A stretch of 64,000 bases of DNA from an uncultured Eubacteriales bacterium. GTDB taxonomy: Bacteria; Bacillota; Clostridia; Christensenellales; CAG-138. The notes under the pieces were generated by a model that saw only the letters and a list, made by a program, of their open reading frames with translations, searched no databases and had not been told where the DNA came from. Shown here in pieces: positions 35,909 through 45,853 of the stretch (its first letter is position 1; every line of letters starts with the position of its first letter). Location: the NCBI GenBank assembly GCA_942492885.1, contig OW818651.1, forward strand, positions 962,959-1,026,958, read 5' to 3'. Both the position numbers and the translations under genes were made by a program.

Positions 35909-36388
35909 ATGGATCGCATCGAAGAACTCACCGTAGAGGCGGGTGAGCGCGGAATTGACGTGCACGAGCGCGAAATTCCCGTACCCGGCATGTCTGCCGC
36001 CTACATCAAAACTGAAACTGGCGAGCACATCATCATCCGTATGGACGGCACACAGGCGGAACGCGCCTGCTGGCTGGCGGAGGAGCTTGGGCATCACTAC
36101 ACCGGCTCAGACCGCAGGCTGCATTACAACGCCGCGGACGACTGGCGCGCCGAGGCAAAGGCGCGCAAATGGGCGCATGACCGCCTGCTCTCGCCGGAGG
36201 CAATCCGCACCGCCGCGCGCAACACCGACGACATCTACGAAATCGCCTTCACGCTCAACGTCAGCGTGGAGTTTCTGCGCGAATCCATCGATTGGTACAT
36301 GGCGCGCGGTCTCTGGGCGCCGGATGTTCCGCCAATCGAACCGGATAACGCAGGCGAATCCCCCGCAGAATCAGACCGCGAAACCTGA
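35909..36388 (+). CDS. ImmA/IrrE family zinc metallopeptidase
   Basis: ORF 35909..36388 with the HEXXH-type motif in LAEELGHHYTG. It sits in the typical position directly downstream of an XRE repressor. Confidence 0.85.
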   Translation: MDRIEELTVEAGERGIDVHEREIPVPGMSAAYIKTETGEHIIIRMDGTQAERACWLAEELGHHYTGSDRRLHYNAADDWRAEAKARKWAHDRLLSPEAIRTAARNTDDIYEIAFTLNVSVEFLRESIDWYMARGLWAPDVPPIEPDNAGESPAESDRET

Positions 36389-36734
36389 TTGCGCTCCTTT
36401 ATTTAAGCACCGCGCAGAACCACATGATGAATGTAAGCAAACGGAGAGCGGCTGCGGCGTTGCCGCGCTCGTGCTCTCCCTCATCGGTTTATACTGCTTG
36501 CCACAGATTCAAAAGATATCCTTCAAGCGGCTGAAGGCAAGGTTTAAAAAGCTGGAAAGCAATGTTACCCTTGCCGATTTGACGAGGTTATGAGAAGATG
36601 AATGATATCGTGTACATCAGGCTATTATTCGGAAGGCAACCGCTCCAAATCATATTTTTTGAACGCGCCAGATGTTTCAAAAGATATGTGTTCATGAAAT
36701 CTAATACGATTGCACAGAAAAGGATCTTCAGATA

Positions 36735-37973
36735 ATGAGATGGTTATTACGCTTGTTTGGTCGAATCGCTAAGTTTATCTTACCTCGTAAAGTTTACGAT
36801 TGGCTCTTCTTCAAATCTCTTTCATTGCTTGGCAAAAGACGTCAGAAGAGCAAAAGAGAAGATAGGCGGCATCTCAAAGAATTACCAAGCGGCGTTAATT
36901 TATTTAGTTATTGTAGCATGAAGAACAGCGCTGCTATAGAAGGCCGCCTGCTGCAGCAATCGCTGGAAGAAGCGAAGATCCCCTATCATTTGATTGATTT
37001 GGATGATCCGAATTGTATCAAGAAGACGGGCGTTGAGCTTTACAATGTGAATCTGATCGTCTGCCATGTTGTGAATAAAATTGAGTTTTATATGCTTCAA
37101 TCCGGCATCAATTTAAGCAATCACTTCAATATCGGATATATGGCTTGGGAACTGCCAACGCTTCCTGATTCACTAGCCTCATCTCTTGATATGTTTCAGG
37201 AAGCATGGACGCTCTCCACCTTCTGTACAGGTGCCCTTGAGAAAAAGGCAACTGCGCCCGTATTGACCGTCCCTCTTTTTGCTGACTCGAATCGGACAGT
37301 CATAGAGAATGGAAGAGAATATTTCAATCTTGACAAGGATGCATTCTTGTTTATGATGGCATATGACTGCAACAGCTATGTGTCCCGAAAAAACCCTCAA
37401 GCAGCTGTCGAAGCATTCCTAAAGGCATTTTCACCACAAGAGCGTAATGTTGGTTTGGTGATCAAGCTGGCCTATCCTGAGAATTACAAGGAACATATTG
37501 TCGAATTGCGAAATATGCTTGCGCCCTATTCGAATATTTACTTCATTGAAAAATACCTTTCGGATGAAGAAATGAGAACGTTGATTCAAGCATCAAATGC
37601 CTTTGTCACGCTGCACCGTTCCGAAGGGCTCGGTTTGATTCCTATGGAGGCCATGTCGCTGGGCACACCCGTCATTTCAACTGCGTGGTCAGGCAATATG
37701 GAGTATATGACGCACATGAATACCGCGCTTGTCGGTTATCGCATGGTGCCGGTTGCGGGTCAATATGTCGGCTCAGTGCCTGGTGACGATCTGGTTTGGG
37801 CAGAGCCCGACTTAAACGAAGCAGCTGAGCAAATGCGCCGCATGGTTACGGATGCGCAATGGAGAGAAAAACTGATCGCCAATGGCAAACACACGGCAAT
37901 CGAATGTTATAATGCAACGACCATCGGCAAAATAATACGTGATCGATTGGAGTATTTGAAACTGATTCAATAG
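36735..37973 (+). CDS. GT4-type glycosyltransferase
   Basis: ORF 36735..37973. The C-terminal block LHRSEGLGLIPMEAMSLGTPVISTAWSGNMEY matches the E-x7-E GT4 motif. AT-rich. Confidence 0.8.
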   Translation: MRWLLRLFGRIAKFILPRKVYDWLFFKSLSLLGKRRQKSKREDRRHLKELPSGVNLFSYCSMKNSAAIEGRLLQQSLEEAKIPYHLIDLDDPNCIKKTGVELYNVNLIVCHVVNKIEFYMLQSGINLSNHFNIGYMAWELPTLPDSLASSLDMFQEAWTLSTFCTGALEKKATAPVLTVPLFADSNRTVIENGREYFNLDKDAFLFMMAYDCNSYVSRKNPQAAVEAFLKAFSPQERNVGLVIKLAYPENYKEHIVELRNMLAPYSNIYFIEKYLSDEEMRTLIQASNAFVTLHRSEGLGLIPMEAMSLGTPVISTAWSGNMEYMTHMNTALVGYRMVPVAGQYVGSVPGDDLVWAEPDLNEAAEQMRRMVTDAQWREKLIANGKHTAIECYNATTIGKIIRDRLEYLKLIQ

Positions 37974-38100
37974 AGATAGGTATCTCTCAAACTTTTAAGG
38001 TGCAATCTTTGATGCGGCACATGCAACTGTGCCCCGCTATCAAACCAAATAACAGCCCTGCAACGATTCAACATCGTTTGCAGGGCTGTTCCATTCGATT

Positions 38101-38640
38101 CTACTTTACCCAATATGGATAGTTCTTGTCCTTCGCGCTTAGGATCGGACCAACCTCGACCTCCGGCCACTCGATCGCGATCGTCGGATCGTCCCATCGA
38201 ATGCCAACCTCATCTTCCGGATGATAGAAATCATCGCATTTGTAGGAAAACTCAGCCGTCTCGCTCAACACCAAAAACCCATGCGCAAGCCCTTTGGGGA
38301 TCAGCATCTGTTTCTTGTTCTCGGCGGAGAGGATCACGCCAACCCATTGCCCATATGTTTCGCTCTCTTTGCGAATGTCAACGGCGACGTCGAACACCTC
38401 GCCGGAGATCACGCGCACCAGCTTTGCCTGCGGAAAGGTTTTTTGATAGTGCAGCCCGCGCAGAACGCCTTTGCCGGACTTGGATTGATTGTCCTGCACG
38501 AATGAAATCTTGATCCCGGCAGCTATGAATTCCTGTTCGTTATACGTCTCCATAAAATAGCCGCGTGCATCGCCAAAGACAGTGGGCTCAATGATGAAGA
38601 CATCTTTTATTTCGGTCTTTTGAAAACAAAACTTCCCCAT
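38101..38640 (-). CDS. rfbC: dTDP-4-dehydrorhamnose 3,5-epimerase
   Basis: ORF 38101..38640 with FIIEPTVFGDARGYFMETYN and LRGLHYQ. Confidence 0.93.
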   Translation of the reverse strand: MGKFCFQKTEIKDVFIIEPTVFGDARGYFMETYNEQEFIAAGIKISFVQDNQSKSGKGVLRGLHYQKTFPQAKLVRVISGEVFDVAVDIRKESETYGQWVGVILSAENKKQMLIPKGLAHGFLVLSETAEFSYKCDDFYHPEDEVGIRWDDPTIAIEWPEVEVGPILSAKDKNYPYWVK

Positions 38641-39662
38641 TATCGATCCCCGTACATTCTTTCATAATAATTCTGATACTCACCGGAGATGATGTTTTGC
38701 CACCAGTCTCGATTGGCAAGATACCATTGGATGGTCATCTGTATGCCGTCCGCAAACTTCGTCTCCGGCAGCCAACCCAGCTCGTTGTGAATCTTGGTGG
38801 GGTCGATTGCATACCGCATGTCGTGCCCTTTGCGATCCGTCACGTAGGTGATCAAATCCTCGCTCTTGCCAAGCGCGTGAACGATCATCTTGACGACGTC
38901 GATGTTGCGCGTTTCGTTGTGTCCGCCGATGTTATAGATCTCCCCGTCGCGGCCTTTGTGGAGGATGAGATCGATGGCCTTGCAGTGATCCAGCACATAC
39001 AGCCAGTCCCGAACGTTTTCGCCTTTTCCATAGACCGGAAGCGGCTTGTCGTTTAGGGCGTTTGCAATCATCAACGGGATGAGTTTTTCCGGAAAATGAT
39101 ACGGCCCGTAGTTATTGGAGCAGCGGGATATGGTAGCTGGAACGTTGAATGTGCGCTGATACGCCTGAACCAGCAGATCTGCGGCCGCTTTGCTTGCGGA
39201 ATACGGGCTGGACGTATGAAGATGCGTCTCCTCTGTAAACAGCAGGTCGGGGCGGTCAAGCGGCAAATCGCCATACACCTCATCCGTGGATACCTGGTGA
39301 AACCGCGTGACGCCATATTTTCTGCAAGAGTCAAGCATCGTCTGCGTGCCTAAAATATTCGTCTGCAGAAACACACCGGGATTCTCAATCGAACGATCCA
39401 CATGGCTCTCCGCGGCGAAATTCACCACGTAGTTCGGGTGCTCTTCCTCAAACAACTGAAACACCGCGTCGCGATCCAGAATGGATGCCTTCACAAAACG
39501 AAAGCGCGGATTATCCATCACGCTTGACAGCGTCTCCAGATTTCCGGCATACGTCAGAGCATCCAGACAAATGACGCGCGCATCTTCATGCGCCTCCAGC
39601 ATGTGAAAAATAAAATTGCTGCCAATGAACCCGGCGCCGCCTGTTACAAGATAGGTGTTCAT
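38640..39662 (-). CDS. rfbB: dTDP-glucose 4,6-dehydratase
   Basis: ORF 38640..39662 with VTGGAGFIGSNF, STDEVYG and YSASKAAAD. Confidence 0.95.
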   Translation of the reverse strand: MNTYLVTGGAGFIGSNFIFHMLEAHEDARVICLDALTYAGNLETLSSVMDNPRFRFVKASILDRDAVFQLFEEEHPNYVVNFAAESHVDRSIENPGVFLQTNILGTQTMLDSCRKYGVTRFHQVSTDEVYGDLPLDRPDLLFTEETHLHTSSPYSASKAAADLLVQAYQRTFNVPATISRCSNNYGPYHFPEKLIPLMIANALNDKPLPVYGKGENVRDWLYVLDHCKAIDLILHKGRDGEIYNIGGHNETRNIDVVKMIVHALGKSEDLITYVTDRKGHDMRYAIDPTKIHNELGWLPETKFADGIQMTIQWYLANRDWWQNIISGEYQNYYERMYGDR

Positions 39663-40555
39663 TTTTTCTCTTCTTTCAAGTGCGAAATAAATACTTCCAA
39701 CGCATCTTCCCAGTTTCGCATTTCGTCTCCAACCGTCAGGCGGAGCATCATATGATCCAGCACGGAATACGCAGGCCGCTTGGTCGGGCTAGGATACTCA
39801 TCAGAGCTGCACGGCGTGACCTGCGCATCGATTCCCGCCAGGGAAACGATTTTTTGCGCGAATTCAAACCAGGAGCATTGCCCGTTTCCCGTGCAATGAT
39901 AGATGCCGTATTCCTCGCTTGCAGCGATCTTGAGTATGTGGTGCGCGAGATCCGCCGCGTTGGTCGGGTTGCCGACTTGATCGTTCACCACGCTGAGCGC
40001 GCCCTTTTCCCTCGCCTTGTTTAGTATGGCTTTTACGAAGTTCTTCCCGTAATAGCCATATAGCCAGGCGGTTCGGATGATAAACCACCGCGACGAAAAG
40101 CTCTTGACGAATTCCTCACCCGCGTACTTCGTTTTGCCATATACGCTGATCGGATTTGCCGGGTCAAATTCCCTGCGCGGCGTTGTTTCGTCCCCGCGAA
40201 AAACATAGTCTGTGGAGATATGAATCATCTTCGCGCCGACTTGTTCCGCCGCCATCGCAAGGTTTCTTGCCCCGATTGCGTTGGCCTTATAGGCATCTTC
40301 CGGATGGCTCTCGCAGCCGTCTACATTGGTATAGGCCGCACAGTTGATGACAACGTCCGGTTTGTTTTCATTGACGCAGGCCGAAACAAGGCGGCTGTCG
40401 GTGATATCCAATGTGTCGATGTCAACACCAACAATTTCCGCCGCCTGAAAGTTCTGCGGTATTGGGCCAATCTCGCTGTTTCCGTTTGTGAAACAGTTGA
40501 GCAGCTCGGTGCCAAGTTGGCCTTTGTGGCCGATGATCATGATCTTCATGGACAT
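39659..40555 (-). CDS. rfbD: dTDP-4-dehydrorhamnose reductase
   Basis: ORF 39659..40555 with IIGHKGQLG, ISTDYVF and YGKTKYAGE. Either ATG 40555 (overlapping the rfbA stop) or ATG 40549 is possible. Confidence 0.93.
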   Translation of the reverse strand: MSMKIMIIGHKGQLGTELLNCFTNGNSEIGPIPQNFQAAEIVGVDIDTLDITDSRLVSACVNENKPDVVINCAAYTNVDGCESHPEDAYKANAIGARNLAMAAEQVGAKMIHISTDYVFRGDETTPRREFDPANPISVYGKTKYAGEEFVKSFSSRWFIIRTAWLYGYYGKNFVKAILNKAREKGALSVVNDQVGNPTNAADLAHHILKIAASEEYGIYHCTGNGQCSWFEFAQKIVSLAGIDAQVTPCSSDEYPSPTKRPAYSVLDHMMLRLTVGDEMRNWEDALEVFISHLKEEKK

Positions 40556-41436
40556 TATCGGATCTTTCCGTCTGCAACCTGTTTCAAATGTTCGCCGTAA
40601 GGTGATTTACCGTATCGCTTTGCAGAAGCACATAACGTTTCATTGTCAATCCAACCTTTGCGGTATGCGATCTCTTCGGGTGCGGAGATTTTGACGCCCT
40701 GCCGCTTCTCGATCATGCGGACAAAATCCGCAGCCTCGATCAGGCTGTCGAATGTGCCGGTATCAAGCCACGCAAACCCGCGACCCAGCGTCGCTGCAAT
40801 CAGCGTCCCGTCCTCCAGATACAGCCGGTTGAGGTCGGTGATCTCCAGCTCTCCGCGCGCGGAAGGGCGCACGTTTTTTGCATACTCCACCACTCGTTTG
40901 TCATAGAAATAGAGCCCCGTGATGGCATAATTGGACTTGGGCACTTTGGGTTTTTCTTCTACCGAGAGAACCTTGCCGTCTTCGGTGATCTCCAGAACGC
41001 CGAAGCGTTCAGGGTCGGTAACATAATAGCCGAATATGGTTGCCTTGCCTTCCATCGCATGATCGCAGGCATCCATCAAAATCTTCTGGAAACCATTTCC
41101 ATAGAATACATTGTCGCCTAAAATCATGGCGCAGCAGTCATCGCCTATGAACTCTTCCCCGATCAGAAAAGCCTGCGCCAATCCGTCCGGTGATGGCTGC
41201 TCCTTATAGGACAACCGAATGCCAAACTGACTTCCGTCGCCCAGCAACCGTTCGAAGTTCGGTAAATCCACGGGTGTTGAGATGATCAGAATGTCCTGAA
41301 TACCCGCCAGCATCAACGTCGATAGCGGATAGTAAATCATCGGCTTATCATAAACCGGCAAGAGTTGTTTGCTGGTTATCATCGTCAACGGATACAATCG
41401 CGTCCCTGTTCCGCCCGCCAATATAATCCCCTTCAT
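40555..41436 (-). CDS. rfbA: glucose-1-phosphate thymidylyltransferase
   Basis: ORF 40555..41436 with [18 protein letters not shown] and [11 protein letters not shown]. Confidence 0.95.
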   Translation of the reverse strand: MKGIILAGGTGTRLYPLTMITSKQLLPVYDKPMIYYPLSTLMLAGIQDILIISTPVDLPNFERLLGDGSQFGIRLSYKEQPSPDGLAQAFLIGEEFIGDDCCAMILGDNVFYGNGFQKILMDACDHAMEGKATIFGYYVTDPERFGVLEITEDGKVLSVEEKPKVPKSNYAITGLYFYDKRVVEYAKNVRPSARGELEITDLNRLYLEDGTLIAATLGRGFAWLDTGTFDSLIEAADFVRMIEKRQGVKISAPEEIAYRKGWIDNETLCASAKRYGKSPYGEHLKQVADGKIR

Positions 41437-41459
41437 GTTATCCTCCTCAATCGCCTGAA

Positions 41460-42389
41460 CTAAATATAGAAAAACTGTCCCAGTATCCGCAGAAGCCCGT
41501 GCTTATATGTCTTTAGGCGATACACGTCATAGAGTCGCCTGAACTTCCAGTGCTTCGGAATCTCGCAATATGCTTTGATGAGATCTTTTTTTTCTGCACT
41601 CAGCCGCTCGCAATACTGGTTGTAAAACGATTCTGCCTGCCGATAGGTTTGGTTCACAAGCTCACGTGTTTTATTCGAATGCGCCACTCGTTCGTAAATG
41701 AACGACAGCGAAAACGTGTTCTTGGCTCCAACCGCATTGCTGGCGTGCTGCCGGTATAAGATCGGCGTCTCTTGATCCAGTGTCACGATATGACCAAAGG
41801 ACGCCGCGATCAGCATCAACCACCAATCATGCATGACACAATAGTCCGGCAACTGTTTGACGAACGCTTGAAGCGGTTTGTTCAGCATCGCCGTGCAGCC
41901 CGTCATCGTGTTCTGAACGAGTTGATCCTTCAATGCAACGCGATGATAATCCAAATGCGACATCTCGCGAAACGATGCATGGATCGGTTGAAGCTTCTCA
42001 TCAACCACCGTAAGATCCGTGTGCACCAGAATCGCTGCGTCCTCCCCATAAGATGCTTGCGCTTTATGCATGGCATTGAGTGTGATCTCGATTTTATTCG
42101 GCAGCCACACATCGTCCTGATCACACAGCATTACATAGTCATCCTGATAGGTCAGCAGCATCTGTAAAAAGTTCCACTTTGCTCCGCCGCTGTTTGTCTC
42201 GTTCTTATGAATGAAAATCTTTTGAGGATACCTGGCAGCGTAATCGCTCAGAATCTGCCATGTCTTGTCGGTTGAACAATCGTCATGAACGTGAAGCGTA
42301 AAATTCTGCTCGGTCTGAGACAACAGTGATTCGATTTGCTCGGCAATGAACCGTTCGCCGTTGTAAGAAGCCATGAGTATTTTGATCAT
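41460..42389 (-). CDS. GT2 family glycosyltransferase (rhamnosyltransferase-like)
   Basis: ORF 41460..42407; start set at ATG 42389 ([23 protein letters not shown]) after gaagga. DDCSTD block present. Confidence 0.85.
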   Translation of the reverse strand: MIKILMASYNGERFIAEQIESLLSQTEQNFTLHVHDDCSTDKTWQILSDYAARYPQKIFIHKNETNSGGAKWNFLQMLLTYQDDYVMLCDQDDVWLPNKIEITLNAMHKAQASYGEDAAILVHTDLTVVDEKLQPIHASFREMSHLDYHRVALKDQLVQNTMTGCTAMLNKPLQAFVKQLPDYCVMHDWWLMLIAASFGHIVTLDQETPILYRQHASNAVGAKNTFSLSFIYERVAHSNKTRELVNQTYRQAESFYNQYCERLSAEKKDLIKAYCEIPKHWKFRRLYDVYRLKTYKHGLLRILGQFFYI

Positions 42390-42480
42390 GCTCAAGTTGT
42401 CCTTCACTTATAAAATAATGCCACATGTCTCGCTTTGGGTTGCCGGTACGAGATTCAATTGAAACCTGGTTTCAATTCTT

Positions 42481-43362
42481 TTATACGAGACCGCCGCTAT
42501 GGCGCCCTTTCCGATTCCCGATCACCTTTGCCGCACAGAGCAGGCAGAAGCGGATGCCTTCGCCAATCGCACGCTGTTGCAGCAATCGTTTCAGCACATA
42601 CTTCACATATCGAACCCCTTCGCTCTCCGCGCGAACAGCGCCGAAGCGATCCCGATATTTCTCCATGACAAACCCGATTTTATAGTTGCGCTCGTATTCC
42701 TGACGCAGCGAATACAGGTGCGAATGGAGGATGGCGGCTTCCGCGCAGTAGGCAATCTTATAGCCCGCAGTAAGGAACTTTGCGGCAATCAGCATGTCCT
42801 CGTTTGTCAGAATCGGGTGATCAAACCCGCCAACCGCCAGATACGCCTCGCGTCGATAGGCCGAGCAGGCATCCGAGAGGAAAAAAGCCTTGATCCCCAG
42901 TCTCTCAATATCGGAAGCATCGCGCACGTTGCTTTGGGGCGGATAGTTGTATTCCCGCGTGAATTTCTCGTAGAGCGGCGCATCCGCGCGCGCAATCTGG
43001 CGTCCGCAAGCGCTGGCAACGCCCTCCTGCAAAACGGACTTCACAATCGCTTCTACATACTTGTCGCCACTTGGCATGGCATCCTGTGTGAGAAATAAAA
43101 CGATATCCCCATGCGCTGCCCGAAACGCCAAATCCCGGGAACCGCCGTGGTCAAAATCCGCGCGCTTGATTTCGATGACGCGCGTCAACGGATACTTCTT
43201 TGCTATCTCAACAGTATCGTCATTCGATTCCGAATCCAAGACAAGTATCTCATCCGGGCAAAGCGTTTGCTTTAGGAGCATCTCAAGTAAGGACCCCAGC
43301 TCGACACTCGCGTTTAATGTCGGAATGATGATCGATACGGTAGCCTTTTGATTTTGCTCCAT
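42481..43362 (-). CDS. GT2 family glycosyltransferase
   Basis: ORF 42481..43362 with VSIIIPTLNASVELGSLLEMLLKQT and LDSESNDDT. Confidence 0.85.
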   Translation of the reverse strand: MEQNQKATVSIIIPTLNASVELGSLLEMLLKQTLCPDEILVLDSESNDDTVEIAKKYPLTRVIEIKRADFDHGGSRDLAFRAAHGDIVLFLTQDAMPSGDKYVEAIVKSVLQEGVASACGRQIARADAPLYEKFTREYNYPPQSNVRDASDIERLGIKAFFLSDACSAYRREAYLAVGGFDHPILTNEDMLIAAKFLTAGYKIAYCAEAAILHSHLYSLRQEYERNYKIGFVMEKYRDRFGAVRAESEGVRYVKYVLKRLLQQRAIGEGIRFCLLCAAKVIGNRKGRHSGGLV

Positions 43363-43504
43363 GAAATCTTGCCGCTTTCTTACACTTGATTGTCTTCTCT
43401 TCTATGCTAACGTTAGTAGATACTAAGTTCTCTTTTCATACACGCCAACTACATCCTAAGTGCTACACAATTTGCCGGAAAACGAGCTGCATTCAAAAAC
43501 AGGT

Positions 43505-44734
43505 CTATTCCTTTGCAGCAGGCAGTTTTTTTGACGCGCTGAAAATCCGCGCTGCCGCAAAGAGCAGCACGAAATAAACACCATAATGCCGTTCATAATA
43601 CGTGACACCGCCGATATCCATCACCAGATGTGCAAGCATCAGAACGATGAAAACGTAGACCGTGCGGCGTTCTTCCGCGCGCTCATTGTTGGGATCCTCC
43701 GCCTTTGCGCGCTTGATCACCCGCGCAGCATAGATCAGCGCACCGATCTGACCAACATAATAGATCACCAGCATCGGAATGCCGCCGGAGACCAATAGCT
43801 CGATATAGTTGTTGTGCGCATACGAGCCCAGAGAGCCTTCGAGGAAGCGGAAGCAAGCAAGCCCCCACCCGGTCATCGGGCGCTGCGCAAACCAGTAATA
43901 TGCCGCCTGAACCAGCGTGATGCGCTCAGCCGTTGAGCCACCAAGTCCCTCACCTTTTATGAAGAACAGCCCGACCTCGCGAACATGTGCCAGCGCAGGG
44001 ATGCCCATAAACAAATCGGTAAACAAGACGAGCCCACCCGCAACTGCGCCGAGACCCGCAAGGCCTGCGAGTTTCCAGCCCCATTTCTTCGGGAAGCGAA
44101 CCAGCAGCAGCACGACCATTAGTCCCGCCGCGATCACAAGGCTACCAAACGAAATCGTGAGCACGATTCCGCCCAGCAGAATCGCCAGCGGAATCAGCCA
44201 AAGCAGCCGCCAGCGTTTGTCGATAAGCATGACGCATGCGCCGGTTGCAAATGCGCTGATCAATCCGATGGTGTTCGGATGCACCCCATCCGGCCCGCCA
44301 AGCCGCGTTGTGCTCCAGGGCAACATCCGCTCTTTATAATACAGATAGCAAACGGCGAGCATCGTCGCGATCACATAAATCGCCAGATAGCGCCGCATAT
44401 CCGCCCGCAAAAGAAGGTATTGAAACAGAAAGAAGAAAAAGACCGATGTGATGATCAGCGTCTTGACCATGTCAATCGACACCGCGCGATCAAGCGCCCA
44501 ACCAAACGAAACGATCGCGCTCCAGAGGACGAGCAACGCTGAAACGATCATCCACCAGGAGAAGTACAGGTGTTTCTTCTGCAGCACCAGCAGAGCTGTG
44601 CAGCCAAAGAAAACGAGCATGCTTGCCTGAGAGACCAGCGAATGCGCAAAAACGATTTCAGCCAACAGACAGAAACACAATGCAATCTCAGCAATCCAAG
44701 ATAGGACGCGAAACGTTTTTTCCTTCTGATCCAT
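43505..44734 (-). CDS. O-antigen ligase/polymerase family membrane protein (Wzy_C domain)
   Basis: ORF 43505..44734. Roughly 10 TM helices and the YAHNNYIELLVSGGI block typical of Wzy_C. Confidence 0.8.
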   Translation of the reverse strand: MDQKEKTFRVLSWIAEIALCFCLLAEIVFAHSLVSQASMLVFFGCTALLVLQKKHLYFSWWMIVSALLVLWSAIVSFGWALDRAVSIDMVKTLIITSVFFFFLFQYLLLRADMRRYLAIYVIATMLAVCYLYYKERMLPWSTTRLGGPDGVHPNTIGLISAFATGACVMLIDKRWRLLWLIPLAILLGGIVLTISFGSLVIAAGLMVVLLLVRFPKKWGWKLAGLAGLGAVAGGLVLFTDLFMGIPALAHVREVGLFFIKGEGLGGSTAERITLVQAAYYWFAQRPMTGWGLACFRFLEGSLGSYAHNNYIELLVSGGIPMLVIYYVGQIGALIYAARVIKRAKAEDPNNERAEERRTVYVFIVLMLAHLVMDIGGVTYYERHYGVYFVLLFAAARIFSASKKLPAAKE

Positions 44735-45247
44735 ACTTACGATACCTCCATCCGCTTACAAACGGTTTTGATCCAAGTCACTAAACTCTTGCTTTTTTGA
44801 TCAATCAGAGCGATCATTGAAAGCCAACAATATCAGCAGCTAACCAATCCACGCTCATAAAACTGTAATTTTACAAATAAAAGTATACAGATTTTTGTAC
44901 TTAATTGCAAATGCAAGTTGGCTCTTGAAACGAGCATCCAAACGATTCGAACGTTCGCAAGCGCGATTCGCGCGGCCTTGTAACAATCTGCCGGCACAGA
45001 AAAAACGAGACCGTTTCACTGAACTCTATCCAAATTAGGATGCCGCGGCAAGCACAATTCGCAGTATAATTTGATTAAGAAAAAATCTTTCGATCAGACG
45101 CGCCTTCTGCGCCGCTTGACAGAATCCATCGGTTTTCATATGCTTACAGCACAATGCTCGTCATCAACGATAACTCCATCGCGCATGCAATCAGTAGCGC
45201 TGTTATAGTTACGAGCATATGAGCGAAACAAGACGGAGGTAACATCT

Positions 45248-45493
45248 GTGAAGTGTCCGAATTGCAGAAGTGAAAACATTATCATTCAAGCGGTGACGGA
45301 AGTGAAGGAAAAGCGCAAAAAGGGTTGGGCGTACTGGATCTTCATCGGTTGGTGGTGGGAGATCATCGCGTGGATTCTGTTTGGCGTTTGGAAATTGCTG
45401 GTCGTCCTCTTTGGTAAGAAGACCAGGGTCGTTTCGATCACGCGGTCTGTTGCCGTCTGCCAGAACTGCGGCACACGCTGGAATGTGAAATAG
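45248..45493 (+). CDS. small zinc-ribbon membrane protein (LITAF-like topology)
   Basis: ORF 45248..45493; GTG start after ggaggtaacatct. CPNC ... 30-aa Trp-rich hydrophobic segment ... CQNC. Confidence 0.6.
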   Translation: MKCPNCRSENIIIQAVTEVKEKRKKGWAYWIFIGWWWEIIAWILFGVWKLLVVLFGKKTRVVSITRSVAVCQNCGTRWNVK

Positions 45494-45592
45494 CTATTTT
45501 TCATCGCCCTAGTTTGACGAGTAAATTTTTGCACCAATCATCCCAAAACAACAAAAAACCCGCTAGCTGAGCGAGTTTTTTTGTTATCCGAG

Positions 45593-45620
45593 TGGCTGCG
45601 GAACCAGGACTCGAACCCAG
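45593..45620 (-). repeat. orphan copy of the 3' 28 nt of tRNA-Gln (att-like direct repeat)
   Basis: tggctgcggaaccaggactcgaacccag matches 58844..58871 (tggctgcggaactaggactcgaacctag) at 26/28 positions. It covers CCA, discriminator, 3' acceptor strand and T-arm. Similarity stops there and no anticodon arm follows. Confidence 0.7.
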
Positions 45621-45853
45621 CGCAAATGGCTCAGGCATCGTTTTTATTGATCGTTTTACATGTTCTTTCGACACAGTTTAACGATTGAAGGCTCTACTGC
45701 GGTGTTCACAGCACCGTCGTAGAGCCTTTTTGTGTTTCTATGTGCAAACATTTTTAACGATGGTTCGCTACCTTGTGCGTTATTGAACGATTCTTCAAAG
45801 CAAGTTGTCGTAATAAATCTTTACTTCAGGTGTTGAGGTCTCTTTGACCGCAT

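Noticed and set aside
35943-36593. 216-aa alternative-frame ORF overlapping the ImmA gene, with a hydrophobic tail at 36440..36593
   Set aside because: The overlapped part is Arg/Pro/Ala-rich shadow sequence. The non-overlapping tail (GVAALVLSLIGLYCLPQIQK...) lacks a convincing start codon or RBS, so I cannot support a small gene there.
45688-45732. Hairpin aggctctac..gtagagcct + ttttt as the terminator of the REC-GGDEF gene
   Set aside because: The U-tract is on the plus strand, whereas the gene to be terminated is on the minus strand, and no plus-strand gene ends there. Its function is unclear, so it is not annotated.
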